Assembly (NCBI GenBank): GCA_963848305.1 | Contig: CAWKDC010000001.1 | Coordinates: 1,152,001-1,216,000 of the forward strand | Origin: an uncultured Gammaproteobacteria bacterium | Lineage (GTDB): Bacteria > Pseudomonadota > Gammaproteobacteria > JABCZS01 | Direction: 5' to 3' | DNA: 64,000 nucleotides | In this document: one piece after another, positions 18,981-29,389 of the stretch | Layout: every line of letters begins with the position of its first letter | How positions within the stretch are numbered: the stretch's first letter is position 1 | Made by a program: the position numbers and the translations under genes | Notes under the pieces: model-generated | What the model was told of the DNA's origin: nothing | What the model saw: only the letters and a program-made list of their open reading frames with translations | Database searches by the model: none

Positions 18981-20573
18981 ATGTCGTGGATCAACTTCGG
19001 ATTAGCCTTCATTGAGGGGTTGGCACTCATTGCATCGCCTTGTATTTTACCGATATTGCCGCTGGTTTTATCGACCTCGATTGAGGGGGGGCGTTCACGC
19101 CCATTAGGTATTATCACTGGTTTTATACTTTCATTTTGCTTATTTGCTTTCTTTTCCCGGTGGGTTGTGCAGGCGCTGGGCATTGATTTGTCATACATCA
19201 AATATGGTTCACTGATTCTGCTAGGATTATTTGGGCTGGTCTTATTATCGCCACGCCTGTCGGATAAATTCGCGCAATGGACGCAAGGTCTTGCCAATCT
19301 GGGGAGCCAGTTGTCGACTGGACAAGAAGGCGGTTTTTTCAGTGGGTTGGGTATCGGTGCATTAATTGGCTTGATTTGGACGCCGTGTGCGGGTCCGATT
19401 TTGGCGGCCGTGCTTGTGCAAATAATACGTGAGCAAAATAATATTCAAGGGTTGATCACGATGGCATTTTTTGCGGTCGGTGCTGGTATTCCCATGCTAT
19501 TGATTGCATGGATGGGTCGATCATTAGTCAATCGATTGGGGTTTTTCAAACAACACGCGGAAAGGTTTCGACAATTATTGGGGGTGATTATTTTGGCGTC
19601 TGTTGTTTTTATTGCCTCGGGCATTGATCCACAAACTTTTTTTTCTCGTTCATCTTCAGGAGCCAACATGACGACGCTACAAGAAAATCCAAATTTGATC
19701 AATCCGCTGCTCAGGCCTTACGATGCGCCGTCTATTTCAGGGATTCAAACATGGCTCAATTCAGAACCTCTCGATTTGCAATCACTCAAAGGCAAGGTTG
19801 TGTTGATTGATTTTTGGACGTATTCCTGCATTAATTGTGTGCGAACATTACCCTATGTGACAGGCTGGGATCAAAAATACCGCGATAAAGGATTGGTCGT
19901 GATTGGCGTGCATGCGCCTGAATTTGAATTTGAAAAGGATGTCGACAATATCAAAAGCGCAATTGTGAAAAATAATATTCATTACCCTGTCGCCGTCGAC
20001 AGCATGTTGTCTACTTGGAATAACTTTCACAATCAATATTGGCCCGCACAATATTTGATCAACAAAGATGGGAAAGTGGTGTACACGCATTTCGGAGAAG
20101 GTGATGATGAGATCACTGAACATAATATCAATGTGTTGCTCGGGATGGGCGGCGTCGGCGTGAACATGACGGAAGAAGCGCCCCCTTTTCATATTGGCCA
20201 AACGCCGGAAACATATCTCGGCTCAGCGCGTGCAGAACGTTTCAGCGGGATGAATGTGTCCACCCTTCCTTCAAATCATTGGTCGCTCGAAGGGAAGTGG
20301 CGGATTGAATCAGAAAAAATTATTTCTGAAGAACCCAATTCGCTATTGCGGTTGCATTTCAATGCGCAAAAAGTATTTTTGGTGATGGGTACTTCGACAG
20401 GCAAACCCATACCGGTGTCATTGATGTTAAATGGTAAATCTGTCGGAAACCCGCTGACCGTTGATCAACATACGTTGTATCCCTTGATTGATCAAAAAGT
20501 TTTTCAATCCGGGGTGCTTGAGATCAAAGTTTCTGAACCTGGATTGGAGATGTATGCATTTACTTTTGGGTGA
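18981..20573 (+). CDS. dipZ: DipZ: CcdA transmembrane domain + thioredoxin-like domain
   Basis: SPCILPILP, WTPCAGPILAAV, DFWTYSCINCVR, HAPEFEFEK, NQYWPA, YAFTFG. Confidence 0.92.
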   Translation: MSWINFGLAFIEGLALIASPCILPILPLVLSTSIEGGRSRPLGIITGFILSFCLFAFFSRWVVQALGIDLSYIKYGSLILLGLFGLVLLSPRLSDKFAQWTQGLANLGSQLSTGQEGGFFSGLGIGALIGLIWTPCAGPILAAVLVQIIREQNNIQGLITMAFFAVGAGIPMLLIAWMGRSLVNRLGFFKQHAERFRQLLGVIILASVVFIASGIDPQTFFSRSSSGANMTTLQENPNLINPLLRPYDAPSISGIQTWLNSEPLDLQSLKGKVVLIDFWTYSCINCVRTLPYVTGWDQKYRDKGLVVIGVHAPEFEFEKDVDNIKSAIVKNNIHYPVAVDSMLSTWNNFHNQYWPAQYLINKDGKVVYTHFGEGDDEITEHNINVLLGMGGVGVNMTEEAPPFHIGQTPETYLGSARAERFSGMNVSTLPSNHWSLEGKWRIESEKIISEEPNSLLRLHFNAQKVFLVMGTSTGKPIPVSLMLNGKSVGNPLTVDQHTLYPLIDQKVFQSGVLEIKVSEPGLEMYAFTFG

Positions 20574-21114
20574 GATTGAACATGTCAACCGCTTCCGCCA
20601 AATCTTCGCACACGGGCACGGCGATTAACGCTTCGCCATGTATCTTCAATGTTTTTTCTCCATTACCCGTCTTCACCAATAAGACCTGGCAACCGGCGGC
20701 ATGACCGGCCTCGATGTCTCGGAAACTATCGCCCACGACCCACGTTTGGGCAGGCGCGGCATTGAATTGAGAAAGCAATGTGTTCACCATGCCGGGTTTA
20801 GGTTTGCGGCAATCGCAATTGATTTCCGGCAAGTGGGGGCAATGAATAATCGCATCAAATGTGTGTCCATGTTCTGCCAACAATCCAATCATTTTTGCAT
20901 GAATCGCTGTCAGGGTTTCTTCCGTATAATATCCCCGTCCAATACCAGATTGGTTGGTGCACACCGCAACCAAAAACCCATTTGATTTGAGCTTCGCTAT
21001 TGCTTCAATGCTGCCGGGGATAGGGATCCATTCTTCGGGTGATTTAATAAAATGGGGCGAATCATGGTTGATCACCCCATCGCGATCGAGAATAACAAGG
21101 CGTGTCGATTGCAT
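20560..21114 (-). CDS. gmhB: D-glycero-beta-D-manno-heptose-1,7-bisphosphate 7-phosphatase
   Basis: LDRDGVIN, TNQSGIGRG, CPH..CDCRKPKPG, VGDS. Confidence 0.93.
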   Translation of the reverse strand: MQSTRLVILDRDGVINHDSPHFIKSPEEWIPIPGSIEAIAKLKSNGFLVAVCTNQSGIGRGYYTEETLTAIHAKMIGLLAEHGHTFDAIIHCPHLPEINCDCRKPKPGMVNTLLSQFNAAPAQTWVVGDSFRDIEAGHAAGCQVLLVKTGNGEKTLKIHGEALIAVPVCEDLAEAVDMFNLTQK

Positions 21115-21116
21115 GG

Positions 21117-21623
21117 TTACCAACTGTTCACGCTGCCCAGGGCTGTCGCATAATCAGGTTCTTGCGTGATTTCAGACACTTGCTCTGTGTAAATGATGCG
21201 GCCTTCTGGATTGACCACCAACACGGCGCGCGACAATAATCCTTTCAAGGGACCTGACAGGATCGTCACGCCATAGGTTTCACCAAAAGAAGGTGAGCGG
21301 AAAGCGGACAGCGTCACGACATCCGTCAGCCCTTCCGCGCCACAAAAGCGGTTTTGCGCGAAAGGTAAATCCATGGAGATGCACAATACAACGGTGTTTT
21401 CCAGTGTCGATGCGGCTCGATTAAAAGCATGTACACTGGCTGCGCAAGTGGGTGTATCAAGACTGGGGAAAATATTAAAGACAATCGTTTTACCTTTATA
21501 ATCTGCCAGTGTGCGATCTTTAAGGGATTTGTCGGTCAAGGTGAAATCAGGCACCTGGGTGCCGACAACGGGTAAATGTCCCGCAGTGGGAATGGGTTCA
21601 CCTTTGAAAAAAACAGTTGTCAT
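21117..21623 (-). CDS. tpx: Thiol peroxidase
   Basis: FPSLDTPTCA, ISMDLPFAQNRFCGAEG, EITQEPDY. Confidence 0.95.
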   Translation of the reverse strand: MTTVFFKGEPIPTAGHLPVVGTQVPDFTLTDKSLKDRTLADYKGKTIVFNIFPSLDTPTCAASVHAFNRAASTLENTVVLCISMDLPFAQNRFCGAEGLTDVVTLSAFRSPSFGETYGVTILSGPLKGLLSRAVLVVNPEGRIIYTEQVSEITQEPDYATALGSVNSW

Positions 21624-21636
21624 GATATTGCCCTTC

Positions 21637-22119
21637 TCAGTTCAAAGCCAAAATACTATAGTTCAGCCACGCTGCGAAACTTACCCAAATAAAATAGGGA
21701 AGTTGTAATACAACCGCGAGGCGGGAAACACGTGAGAATGAATATAACATAAGTGCGAGTGAAAACCAGAGGGCAGCGAGATCAAGCATCGCCAAATCAG
21801 GTCTATGAAGGCCAAAAAACAAGTAGGACCACAAGCCATTTAAGAGCAGCTGAATAAAAAAGAGGTTGCGCGGCGTGCGAAATGCGTGGGTTTGCCCTAC
21901 TTTCAGGTATACTAGCCAAATCGAAAAAGGCATGAGCGCATATAAGGCTGTCCACACGATGGGGAAAACGATGGGCGGCGGCGTGAGCGGTGATTTATTC
22001 AATGTCTCATACCATGTGCCTGGGTGAAATTGGCTGCCAAACAGCATGATCAATATGACCGCCAGAAAAAAAAGTCCAAGCGCTAATGCGCGGTGCTTGG
22101 GTGGGGTTACTTGCATCAT
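21637..22119 (-). CDS. tspO: TspO/MBR tryptophan-rich sensory protein
   Basis: WYETLNKSPLTPP..FPIVWTALY, QLLLNGLWSYLFFG, PYFIWVSFAAWLN. Confidence 0.9.
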   Translation of the reverse strand: MMQVTPPKHRALALGLFFLAVILIMLFGSQFHPGTWYETLNKSPLTPPPIVFPIVWTALYALMPFSIWLVYLKVGQTHAFRTPRNLFFIQLLLNGLWSYLFFGLHRPDLAMLDLAALWFSLALMLYSFSRVSRLAVVLQLPYFIWVSFAAWLNYSILALN

Positions 22120-22167
22120 CGTCTGCGCTCCTGGGGTTCGGGGGTGATGTTAAATAAAGCTTAGACT

Positions 22168-22857
22168 ATGATAGAGGAAAATAGCATGCAAGCCAATGTG
22201 AAAAAAAATATCTTGATCGGGCTCGTGACGGTGATTCCCGTCGCGGTCACCTTTTTCATTGTGGAGTTTTTACTCTCTTTGATCTTAAATGTTGCAAAGC
22301 CTCTCCTTCACCTGATCATTCGTCTTGTCGCCGTGGTATTTCCCACTGTTGCGGCTTGGATGGATGCGCCTGTTCTCGACATGATCATTGCGCTCGTGCT
22401 GGTCGGTTTAATTTTGTACACATTGGGGCTGTTTGCTAGCCGTTATGCAGGGCAGCAAATGTTGGCCTTGCTTGATAAGGTGATGCACCGTATTCCGCTG
22501 GTGAAAACCATCTATGGATCCATTAAAAAATTGATTGAAGCATTGCAACAAAGTCCCGGTAGCACCCAAAGGGTGGTGTTGATTGAGTTTCCCAATCCCA
22601 CCATGAAAACGGTGGGTTTGGTGACGCGTACGTTCATTGATAAAAACACCGGGCGTGAATTAGCCGCCGTGTACGTGCCAACGACGCCTAATCCCACGTC
22701 GGGATATTTGGAAATTGTGCCGGTCGAAAACATCACCCCAACCGATTGGACGTTTGACGAAGCGATGACGTTTATTGTTTCCGGTGGTGCGGTTGCACCG
22801 CAAGACATCAGTTACGATGCGCTGCCCACGAAATCATCATCAACGATACCCCACTGA
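22168..22857 (+). CDS. DUF502 membrane protein
   Basis: RIPLVKTIYGSIK, VVLIEFP, VYVPTTPNPTSGYL, AMTFIVSGG. Confidence 0.92.
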   Translation: MIEENSMQANVKKNILIGLVTVIPVAVTFFIVEFLLSLILNVAKPLLHLIIRLVAVVFPTVAAWMDAPVLDMIIALVLVGLILYTLGLFASRYAGQQMLALLDKVMHRIPLVKTIYGSIKKLIEALQQSPGSTQRVVLIEFPNPTMKTVGLVTRTFIDKNTGRELAAVYVPTTPNPTSGYLEIVPVENITPTDWTFDEAMTFIVSGGAVAPQDISYDALPTKSSSTIPH

Positions 22858-23389
22858 TCACCAGGTAGGCACCGATCAATGTGCCAATGAACCAGCCGGT
22901 GCTGGTGGGCCAGCCGGAAAAGACAAGTATAGCGATGATCACCGAGCATAAACCGCTCATGAGTACCCAGCCCCAGTTCGCAAAAGCTTGGATTTGGAAG
23001 GCGTAAATGATTTTAATGATCCCTTCTAATAGAAAGAAAACGGCAATGATGATCGTGAGCGCGACTAACCCAGCCAGTGGGTTGAAGACCATCAACACCC
23101 CGAATACCATCGACAGTAATGCAGACAAAACTACCATCCAAAAACCGGGTGCCCCGTTCGATTGGATTGCGCGATACAGTTGAATCGCGCCGCCAATCAC
23201 AAATAACCAACCAATCACCAACTCAAATGCCAGGGAAAATAGCCCAGGCACGCACAGGGCCAATACGCCCAGAATCGTCAAGGTGACCCCTTCAAACATG
23301 ATGCTCTTCCAATGGGCTTTCAGCTCTTCTTGTGACATGGAAATGATGGATTTGTTTGATTTCATGAAGGTCTCCTGGTTGAGGTTCAT
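22808..23389 (-). CDS. HdeD/DUF308 family membrane protein
   Basis: Six TM helices with repeated G..L.I.G motifs, WGWVLMSG, WP..TGW.IG.LIG. Confidence 0.85.
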   Translation of the reverse strand: MNLNQETFMKSNKSIISMSQEELKAHWKSIMFEGVTLTILGVLALCVPGLFSLAFELVIGWLFVIGGAIQLYRAIQSNGAPGFWMVVLSALLSMVFGVLMVFNPLAGLVALTIIIAVFFLLEGIIKIIYAFQIQAFANWGWVLMSGLCSVIIAILVFSGWPTSTGWFIGTLIGAYLVISGVSLMMISWAAHRN

Positions 23390-23420
23390 ACAATTATAGA
23401 TGAGGTATGCAATAATGTGC

Positions 23421-23461
23421 TATCCTGTATCTATACAGTTAATCTATATATAAATAGGATA
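23421..23461 (+). promoter_or_regulatory. Imperfect inverted repeat upstream of orphan AbiEi
   Basis: TATCCTGTATCTATACAG matches the reverse complement of the right arm (TATCCTATTTATATATAG) at 14/18 positions; ATG at 23471. Confidence 0.55.
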
Positions 23462-23470
23462 AAGGTATAC

Positions 23471-24010
23471 ATGAATAAAATTCAAGCCATTCAAGTGCTT
23501 AGAGACTGCGATCGACAGCATGTCTATGTCTTTACCCATGGAGATCTGCGTAAGCTCTTTATTCGGGACAAGCCTAAAGCATTTGAAGAGGGACTTCGGC
23601 GGTTGGTTAAATCAGAGCTGCTGGTCCGAGCCTGTCGAGGTGTGTATGTGAATCCATACACTTTATCGGATGACGGGTATACTATTGAGCGTGTTGCACG
23701 CGTATTGCGTCGAGGTGCTTTTAATTATGTCAGTTTAGAATCGATGCTCTCTGAACATGGGGCGATTTCGCAAATATTGATTGACAGGCTGACGGTGATG
23801 ACGACTGGGCGTGAAGGTATTTATCATACGCCTTATGGCACCATCGAATTCACGCATACGGAACGTTCTGTTGAGGATATCTTGCAAAGTATCCATACCG
23901 TGCCAGGTCGTCCTTTGCGGGTAGCTTCTCTTGACACAGCGTGGCGTGATTTGAAACGCGTGGGGCGTAATGTCAATATGGTTGATAGGGAGATGTTGAA
24001 AAATTGTTGA
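23471..24010 (+). CDS. AbiEi-family antitoxin with no adjacent toxin
   Basis: RACRGVYVNP, YVSLESMLSEHGAISQI, LTVMTTGREG..TPYGTIEFTHT, AWRDLKRVGRN. Confidence 0.8.
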   Translation: MNKIQAIQVLRDCDRQHVYVFTHGDLRKLFIRDKPKAFEEGLRRLVKSELLVRACRGVYVNPYTLSDDGYTIERVARVLRRGAFNYVSLESMLSEHGAISQILIDRLTVMTTGREGIYHTPYGTIEFTHTERSVEDILQSIHTVPGRPLRVASLDTAWRDLKRVGRNVNMVDREMLKNC

Positions 24011-24912
24011 AATCCTTTTCTAAAAAATTCCGCACCCTTCTCGCCTCGTTGATGATAGGCACTTTGAGGCTTATTGGCCGATGCCGTTTATTGACCATAC
24101 AGAGAATCGGTTGGGTGCTTGGCACCGTATTGGGATATTTTCCCACTGGTTTCCGTGAGATATCACGCAAAAATATTGCATTGTGTTTTCCGCATCAACC
24201 TAAACAATGGCAAGATAAATTAGCACGAGACAGTTTGCGCAATACAACGATCACCATGCTAGAGTATGCGATGAATTGGTTTTGGCCCATGGACAAGATC
24301 ATGGGTTACATTGCAACACCTGATCCGGCTGCACGTGAACGTTTTGAAAAAGCACGCGCGCATGGCAAAGGGTTGATTTTGCTCAGCCCTCACATGGGTT
24401 CATGGGAAACCATGCTGGGATATTTACCGGCACTGGGTGAGGCGACCATGATGTATCGTCCCCTGCGCATGGCCTCATTGGAAGCAGTTGTTCGAACCGC
24501 GCGCGAACGCGCGGGTGCGCATTTGGTGCCCGCATCAGCAGGCGGTATCCGTGACATGTTGAAAGCATTGAAGCGCAATGGCATCGTGGTGATGTTGCCC
24601 GATCAGGTTCCCATGAAATCAGGGGGTGTGATGGCGCCCTTTTTCGGCGTACCTGCCCTCACCATGACATTGGCGGCAAAACTTGCTGCCCGAACGGGCG
24701 CGCGCGTGCTGGTCGGCTATTCCGCGCGGCTCGGTTTAGGGGAAGGGTTTAAGCCGGATTGTGTTGATGTGAGCGATGCGATTTATGGCGACGATGATGT
24801 CGCTGCCGTTTGTGCCATGAATGCTGCGCTTGAAACCGTGATCCTGCGCCATCCCGATCAATATGTGTGGAGTTACAAACGATTTAAGCGAAATGGGGAG
24901 CGGGTATATTAA
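24004..24912 (+). CDS. Lipid A late acyltransferase (LpxL/HtrB family)
   Basis: PHMGSWE, MYRP, LPDQVP, APFFGVPA, PDQYVWSYKRFK. Confidence 0.88.
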   Translation: MLKSFSKKFRTLLASLMIGTLRLIGRCRLLTIQRIGWVLGTVLGYFPTGFREISRKNIALCFPHQPKQWQDKLARDSLRNTTITMLEYAMNWFWPMDKIMGYIATPDPAARERFEKARAHGKGLILLSPHMGSWETMLGYLPALGEATMMYRPLRMASLEAVVRTARERAGAHLVPASAGGIRDMLKALKRNGIVVMLPDQVPMKSGGVMAPFFGVPALTMTLAAKLAARTGARVLVGYSARLGLGEGFKPDCVDVSDAIYGDDDVAAVCAMNAALETVILRHPDQYVWSYKRFKRNGERVY

Positions 24913-25064
24913 TCATTCATTTTTGTGATGAGGCGCGATTTTTGCCAAGGCTCATATCCAGGTTTTTCAATGGATTAGATGTTAGCTACTTCTTGTTCGA
25001 TCCTCGGGGTACTGGAAAATCCACATGGCTTAGCCAGCATTACCCTCAGTAGTCCCATTCCTAT

Positions 25065-25566
25065 TCAAGCCGTCTGGCGAGTGGGTGTCAACGCTGGCTT
25101 TGGAAGCCAATAGTGTGCAGCACAGGTTGCCACAGAGGCTATGACGGCCCCACCCATCAAGAACCCGAACTTTGCGCTGTCGCCCACTGAAGTGGGTTGA
25201 TGCCAGCCCGATGCCGCATCAAAGCCATCCAAACCGAAACCAGCCAATAAGAGGTATAAAGTTGTGGCGCCGAAACAACCTGCACCAATAGCAGCGGTAA
25301 ACATGGCGAAGGCTTTTTCCCTGGTGACACCATTTGTCTGCTTAGGTGCTGCGAAGTACCACTCATTAGGCTTTGCCGCACGCAGCTGCAAAAGCACTGC
25401 CGACGCAAGCACGAGGCACCCTACAATCAGGGCGATATCTGCGCCCTGGTCGTCCATCGTCAGGGAGTGCTGCCGGGCATAATGTGTGATGCCACAAGCA
25501 TAAGCAAACACGGTCATATACCACAATGTCGCTGTTGTCTCAGGGTTTTGTTGGGCTAATATCATA
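25065..25566 (-). CDS. Hypothetical membrane protein downstream of trkH
   Basis: ATG at 25566 directly after the trkH stop; ~4 hydrophobic segments; no family recognised. Confidence 0.5.
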
Positions 25567-25567
25567 T

Positions 25568-27019
25568 TTATTGTCTCCAAAAGGCCGGCATGAACAACAC
25601 CATCACCGCAAAAATTTCTAAACGTCCAACCAGCATGGAAAATGACAATGTCCATTTTGCAATGTCATTTAAATTAGCGTAATCCCAAAATACCGAACCC
25701 AATCCCGGGCCGACATTGGCAATGCTGGCAATCACAGCGCCAAAAGCCGAGAGAAAATCCAACCCGCACGCCATCAAAATGAACAAGAACAAGCAGAATA
25801 ATAGGGTGAGCACACCGATGAAACCCCACACTGCATCAATCACTTTATCGGGTAACATTTTTTGATCGATTTTTAAAATATATTCGCCGCTCGGGTGAAT
25901 CAAGCGGTGCAATTCGCGAGAGGCTTGTTTCATCACCACTAACACACGGATCGACTTAATCCCTCCTGATGTTGAGCCCGCACACCCCCCGATTAAACCG
26001 CCTATCAGGATGATGATGGGCGCAAACATGGGCCAAATACTGAAATCACTCGCGACATAACCTGTGGTGGTGCTGATGGAAATGACATGAAACAGCGTAT
26101 CGATGAATGCAGTCAATGAATTAGGATAAACATGTTGCCACATCAATACCCCAAACACAGCGGCAATGATCATCAATTGAATTTTTACAAAAAACCGGAA
26201 TTCAGCGTTTCGAAAATACGTCATCAGGCTGGTGTTATGCAGTGCTAAGAAGTGCAATGAAAAATTCAATCCGCCTAAAAACATAAACAACGTTGCCCAT
26301 AATTTTAAGGATGTTTGTGGGTAAAATGCAAAATTACTGTCATGTGGGGCGAAGCCTCCTGTCGATAAGGTTCCAAAAGCATAACAAATCGCATCAAAAC
26401 TAGACATGCCGTTTAAGCGATAACTTAATGCGCAGGCGGCTGTTAACCCAATATAAATAAACCACAATGTTTTGGCTGTTTCAGCCACGCGTGGCGTAAG
26501 TTTGTTTTCACGGTTGACACCAGATGTTTCTGCGCGAAACAATTGCAAACCACCGACACCTAACATCGGTAACACGGCGACAGCGAGCACGATGATCCCC
26601 ATACCGCCGAGAAAGTGTAATTGCTGGCGATAATATAATAATGCTTTTGGCAAAGCATCGAGGCCGCGAATCACGGTGGCGCCAGTGGTGGTGAGTCCCG
26701 ATACGGTTTCAAACACAGCATCTGTGAATGAAAGGTGCGGCGCTTCGGACACAATGAAAGGCAAGGCACCGAATAAACTGATCACTGTCCAAAAAAGCAC
26801 AACAATTAAAAACCCGTCGCGCGTACGAGGTTCTTCGCGTGTGTTGCGAGTAAACCACCATAAAATAACGCCAGATAATAACGTGGCTAAGCCAGAGGTG
26901 ATGAATGGATAATAAAATGATTCATTAAACAACCAGGCAACCGCCATCGGAGGTAAATGGCTTAAGCTCAAGCACATCAACAAATAACCTAATACTTTGA
27001 AAATGGCAGCCCAATGCAT
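25568..27019 (-). CDS. trkH: Trk potassium uptake membrane subunit
   Basis: FETVSGLTTTGAT, LGGMGII, TLSTGGF, GGCAGSTSGGIK, NVGPGLG, GRLEIF. Confidence 0.96.
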   Translation of the reverse strand: MHWAAIFKVLGYLLMCLSLSHLPPMAVAWLFNESFYYPFITSGLATLLSGVILWWFTRNTREEPRTRDGFLIVVLFWTVISLFGALPFIVSEAPHLSFTDAVFETVSGLTTTGATVIRGLDALPKALLYYRQQLHFLGGMGIIVLAVAVLPMLGVGGLQLFRAETSGVNRENKLTPRVAETAKTLWFIYIGLTAACALSYRLNGMSSFDAICYAFGTLSTGGFAPHDSNFAFYPQTSLKLWATLFMFLGGLNFSLHFLALHNTSLMTYFRNAEFRFFVKIQLMIIAAVFGVLMWQHVYPNSLTAFIDTLFHVISISTTTGYVASDFSIWPMFAPIIILIGGLIGGCAGSTSGGIKSIRVLVVMKQASRELHRLIHPSGEYILKIDQKMLPDKVIDAVWGFIGVLTLLFCLFLFILMACGLDFLSAFGAVIASIANVGPGLGSVFWDYANLNDIAKWTLSFSMLVGRLEIFAVMVLFMPAFWRQ

Positions 27020-27028
27020 GGGGTCTCC

Positions 27029-28402
27029 TTAAAAGAAATGAATAGCTACTTGGAAGAGACGCTCAACATCGCCGATATACTTTTTATTGCTGACAAATAA
27101 AATGACATGATCATCCGCCTCGATTTTGGTGGCGGGTTCCGCAGGGATCACTTCTTCCCCTCGCACCAACATGCTGATCAACGTACCCGGTGGCAATGGC
27201 AAAGTTTCAATTGTTCGGCCGACTACTTTGGATGTTTCGAGGGTGCCATGCGCAATGGCTTCAATGGCTTCTGCTGCACCGCGACGCAAGGCATGTACTT
27301 GCACGATATCCCCACGGCGAATATGCGTGAGTAAACTGCTGATGGTGGATTGTTGTGGCGAAATGGCAATGTCGATTTCACTGCCTTCAATCAAATCCAC
27401 ATATGCGGTGCGGTTGATCAATGCCATGACTTTACGCGCGCCCATACGTTTGGCGAGTGTCGCAGACATGATATTGGTTTCATCATCATTGGTGAGTGCA
27501 CAGAAAACGTCTGTTTCTTCGATGTTTTCATTGTAGAGTAGATTTTTATCGGAACAATCGCCGCAAAGCACCACGGATTTATTGAGTAGCTCAGCAAGCA
27601 TGCGGCAACGCGCTTGGCCGCGATCAATGATTTTAACGTGATAATTTTTTTCAAGCGTTTGTGCCAAATTAAAACCAATATTTCCGCCGCCTGCAATCAT
27701 GATGCGTTTATAGGGTTCAATCAGCCCGCGCAATTCACTGATCACTTCGCGAATTTCGGTGGATTCACAAATACAAAACACTTCATCGTTGGCTTGAATA
27801 ACCGTGTCTTCATCTAATGTGACCAATGTATTTTGACGGAAAATGGCAGCAATTTTTGCTTTGATTGAAGGCATATGAATATATAAATTTTTCAGTGCTT
27901 GTCCGACCAGGGGTGCCCCTTCCACGGCCCGCAGTGCGACACATTGAACATGACCATTCGCAAAATCCAGGACTTGCAGTGCCCCAGGAAATTCTATCAA
28001 GCGTTTGACGTAACGAGTGACGAGTTGTTCGGGGCTGATCAACACATCGATTGGTATTGATTTGTTGTCGAACAATTGTGGAAACAACATATATTCGGAG
28101 GAACGCACACGCGCAATTTTGATCGGTGTTTTAAATAAACTGTAGGCAATTTCGCAGGCGAGCATATTGGTTTCATCATTATTGGTGACAGCGATCAGCA
28201 TGTCAGCATCTTCCGCGCCTGCACGACGTAAGACGCTTGGGTGGGATGCATGCCCGACGATAGTGCGGACATCTAGTTTTTCATCGATTGTTTGGAGGAT
28301 TTTGACGTTGTTATCCACAACAGTAATATCGTTGTGTTCTGACGTGAGGTGCTCTGCCAGCGTGCCACCGACCTGCCCTGCGCCAAGAATGATGATTTTC
28401 AT
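27029..28402 (-). CDS. trkA: Trk potassium uptake NAD-binding subunit
   Basis: MKIIILGAGQVG, two RCK units, LRRGAAEAIEAIAHG. Confidence 0.97.
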   Translation of the reverse strand: MKIIILGAGQVGGTLAEHLTSEHNDITVVDNNVKILQTIDEKLDVRTIVGHASHPSVLRRAGAEDADMLIAVTNNDETNMLACEIAYSLFKTPIKIARVRSSEYMLFPQLFDNKSIPIDVLISPEQLVTRYVKRLIEFPGALQVLDFANGHVQCVALRAVEGAPLVGQALKNLYIHMPSIKAKIAAIFRQNTLVTLDEDTVIQANDEVFCICESTEIREVISELRGLIEPYKRIMIAGGGNIGFNLAQTLEKNYHVKIIDRGQARCRMLAELLNKSVVLCGDCSDKNLLYNENIEETDVFCALTNDDETNIMSATLAKRMGARKVMALINRTAYVDLIEGSEIDIAISPQQSTISSLLTHIRRGDIVQVHALRRGAAEAIEAIAHGTLETSKVVGRTIETLPLPPGTLISMLVRGEEVIPAEPATKIEADDHVILFVSNKKYIGDVERLFQVAIHFF

Positions 28403-28453
28403 GAAACGGGTTCTCCCTGCTGTCTTAATATTAAAGCAATTCTGCTTATTTTG

Positions 28454-29389
28454 CTAGCCAAAATGTTGCCCCACCGCAAAATGTTTGGCGTAGCCATTAT
28501 ACAACGCTGCCGTGTCCATGGGTTTTTTGCCGGGTAATTGTAATTGCGTGATGCACAAGGCTCCTGCCCCAGTTTGCACCACTAAACCCTTTGGACTGAA
28601 GGCGAGCACGGTGCCTGGCAATGCGCTGTGTGATAAAGACGGCACTGTGATTGACTTCAACAGCCGCACTCGCCAGTCCTGCCATTGCGTGTAAGCCACA
28701 GGCCAGGGTTGGTAGCCGCGGATTGCGCGTTCAATCACCTCTGCAGGTTGTGTCCAATCAATCTCAGCTTCTTCTACGGTCAGTTTGTGTGCATAAGATG
28801 CCAGTCTATCGGTTTGGGGAATGGGCGGGTAATCATGTGGTGATTTCAGGTAAGACAATAAGGCTTCTGCACCCAATTGGCCCAGTCGGGTGATGAGTTC
28901 ACCAGCAGTTTCTTGGGATTGAATGGGGGTCTCGGTTTGAATAAGCATAGGGCCTGTATCCAAGCCAGCATCCATTTGCATCAATGTAACGCCTGTGATG
29001 ATGTCTCCGGCCAATAGCGCGCGTTGGGCGGGCGCGGCGCCCCGATAACGCGGCAACAGAGACGTGTGGATGTTCAAAGCAGCTTTGTGCGGGATGCTTA
29101 AAGCTGCCTTGGGCAAAATAAGCCCATAAGCGACCACAATCAGATAATCCGGTTGAAGCGCGGATAATGTGGCTTGAGCCGCTTTGTTAAAGCGTTCAGG
29201 CTCATGAACGGGAATGTGGTGGGACAAGGCCAACACTTTGACGGGGCTGGCAGTGGGCAGTTTGCCGCGCCCAGCAGGCCTGTCAGGTTGCGTGAACACC
29301 GCCTTAATAGGATAGCCCGCATCGAGCAATGTTTGAAGCACATCCGCAGCAATCTCAGGCGTACCGGCAAACACGAGCGTAGGTTTCAA
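28454..29389 (-). CDS. fmt: Methionyl-tRNA formyltransferase
   Basis: FAGTPE, TQPDRPAGRG, VVAYGLILP, NIHTSLLPRYRGAAP, MDAGLDTG. Confidence 0.97.
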   Translation of the reverse strand: MKPTLVFAGTPEIAADVLQTLLDAGYPIKAVFTQPDRPAGRGKLPTASPVKVLALSHHIPVHEPERFNKAAQATLSALQPDYLIVVAYGLILPKAALSIPHKAALNIHTSLLPRYRGAAPAQRALLAGDIITGVTLMQMDAGLDTGPMLIQTETPIQSQETAGELITRLGQLGAEALLSYLKSPHDYPPIPQTDRLASYAHKLTVEEAEIDWTQPAEVIERAIRGYQPWPVAYTQWQDWRVRLLKSITVPSLSHSALPGTVLAFSPKGLVVQTGAGALCITQLQLPGKKPMDTAALYNGYAKHFAVGQHFG

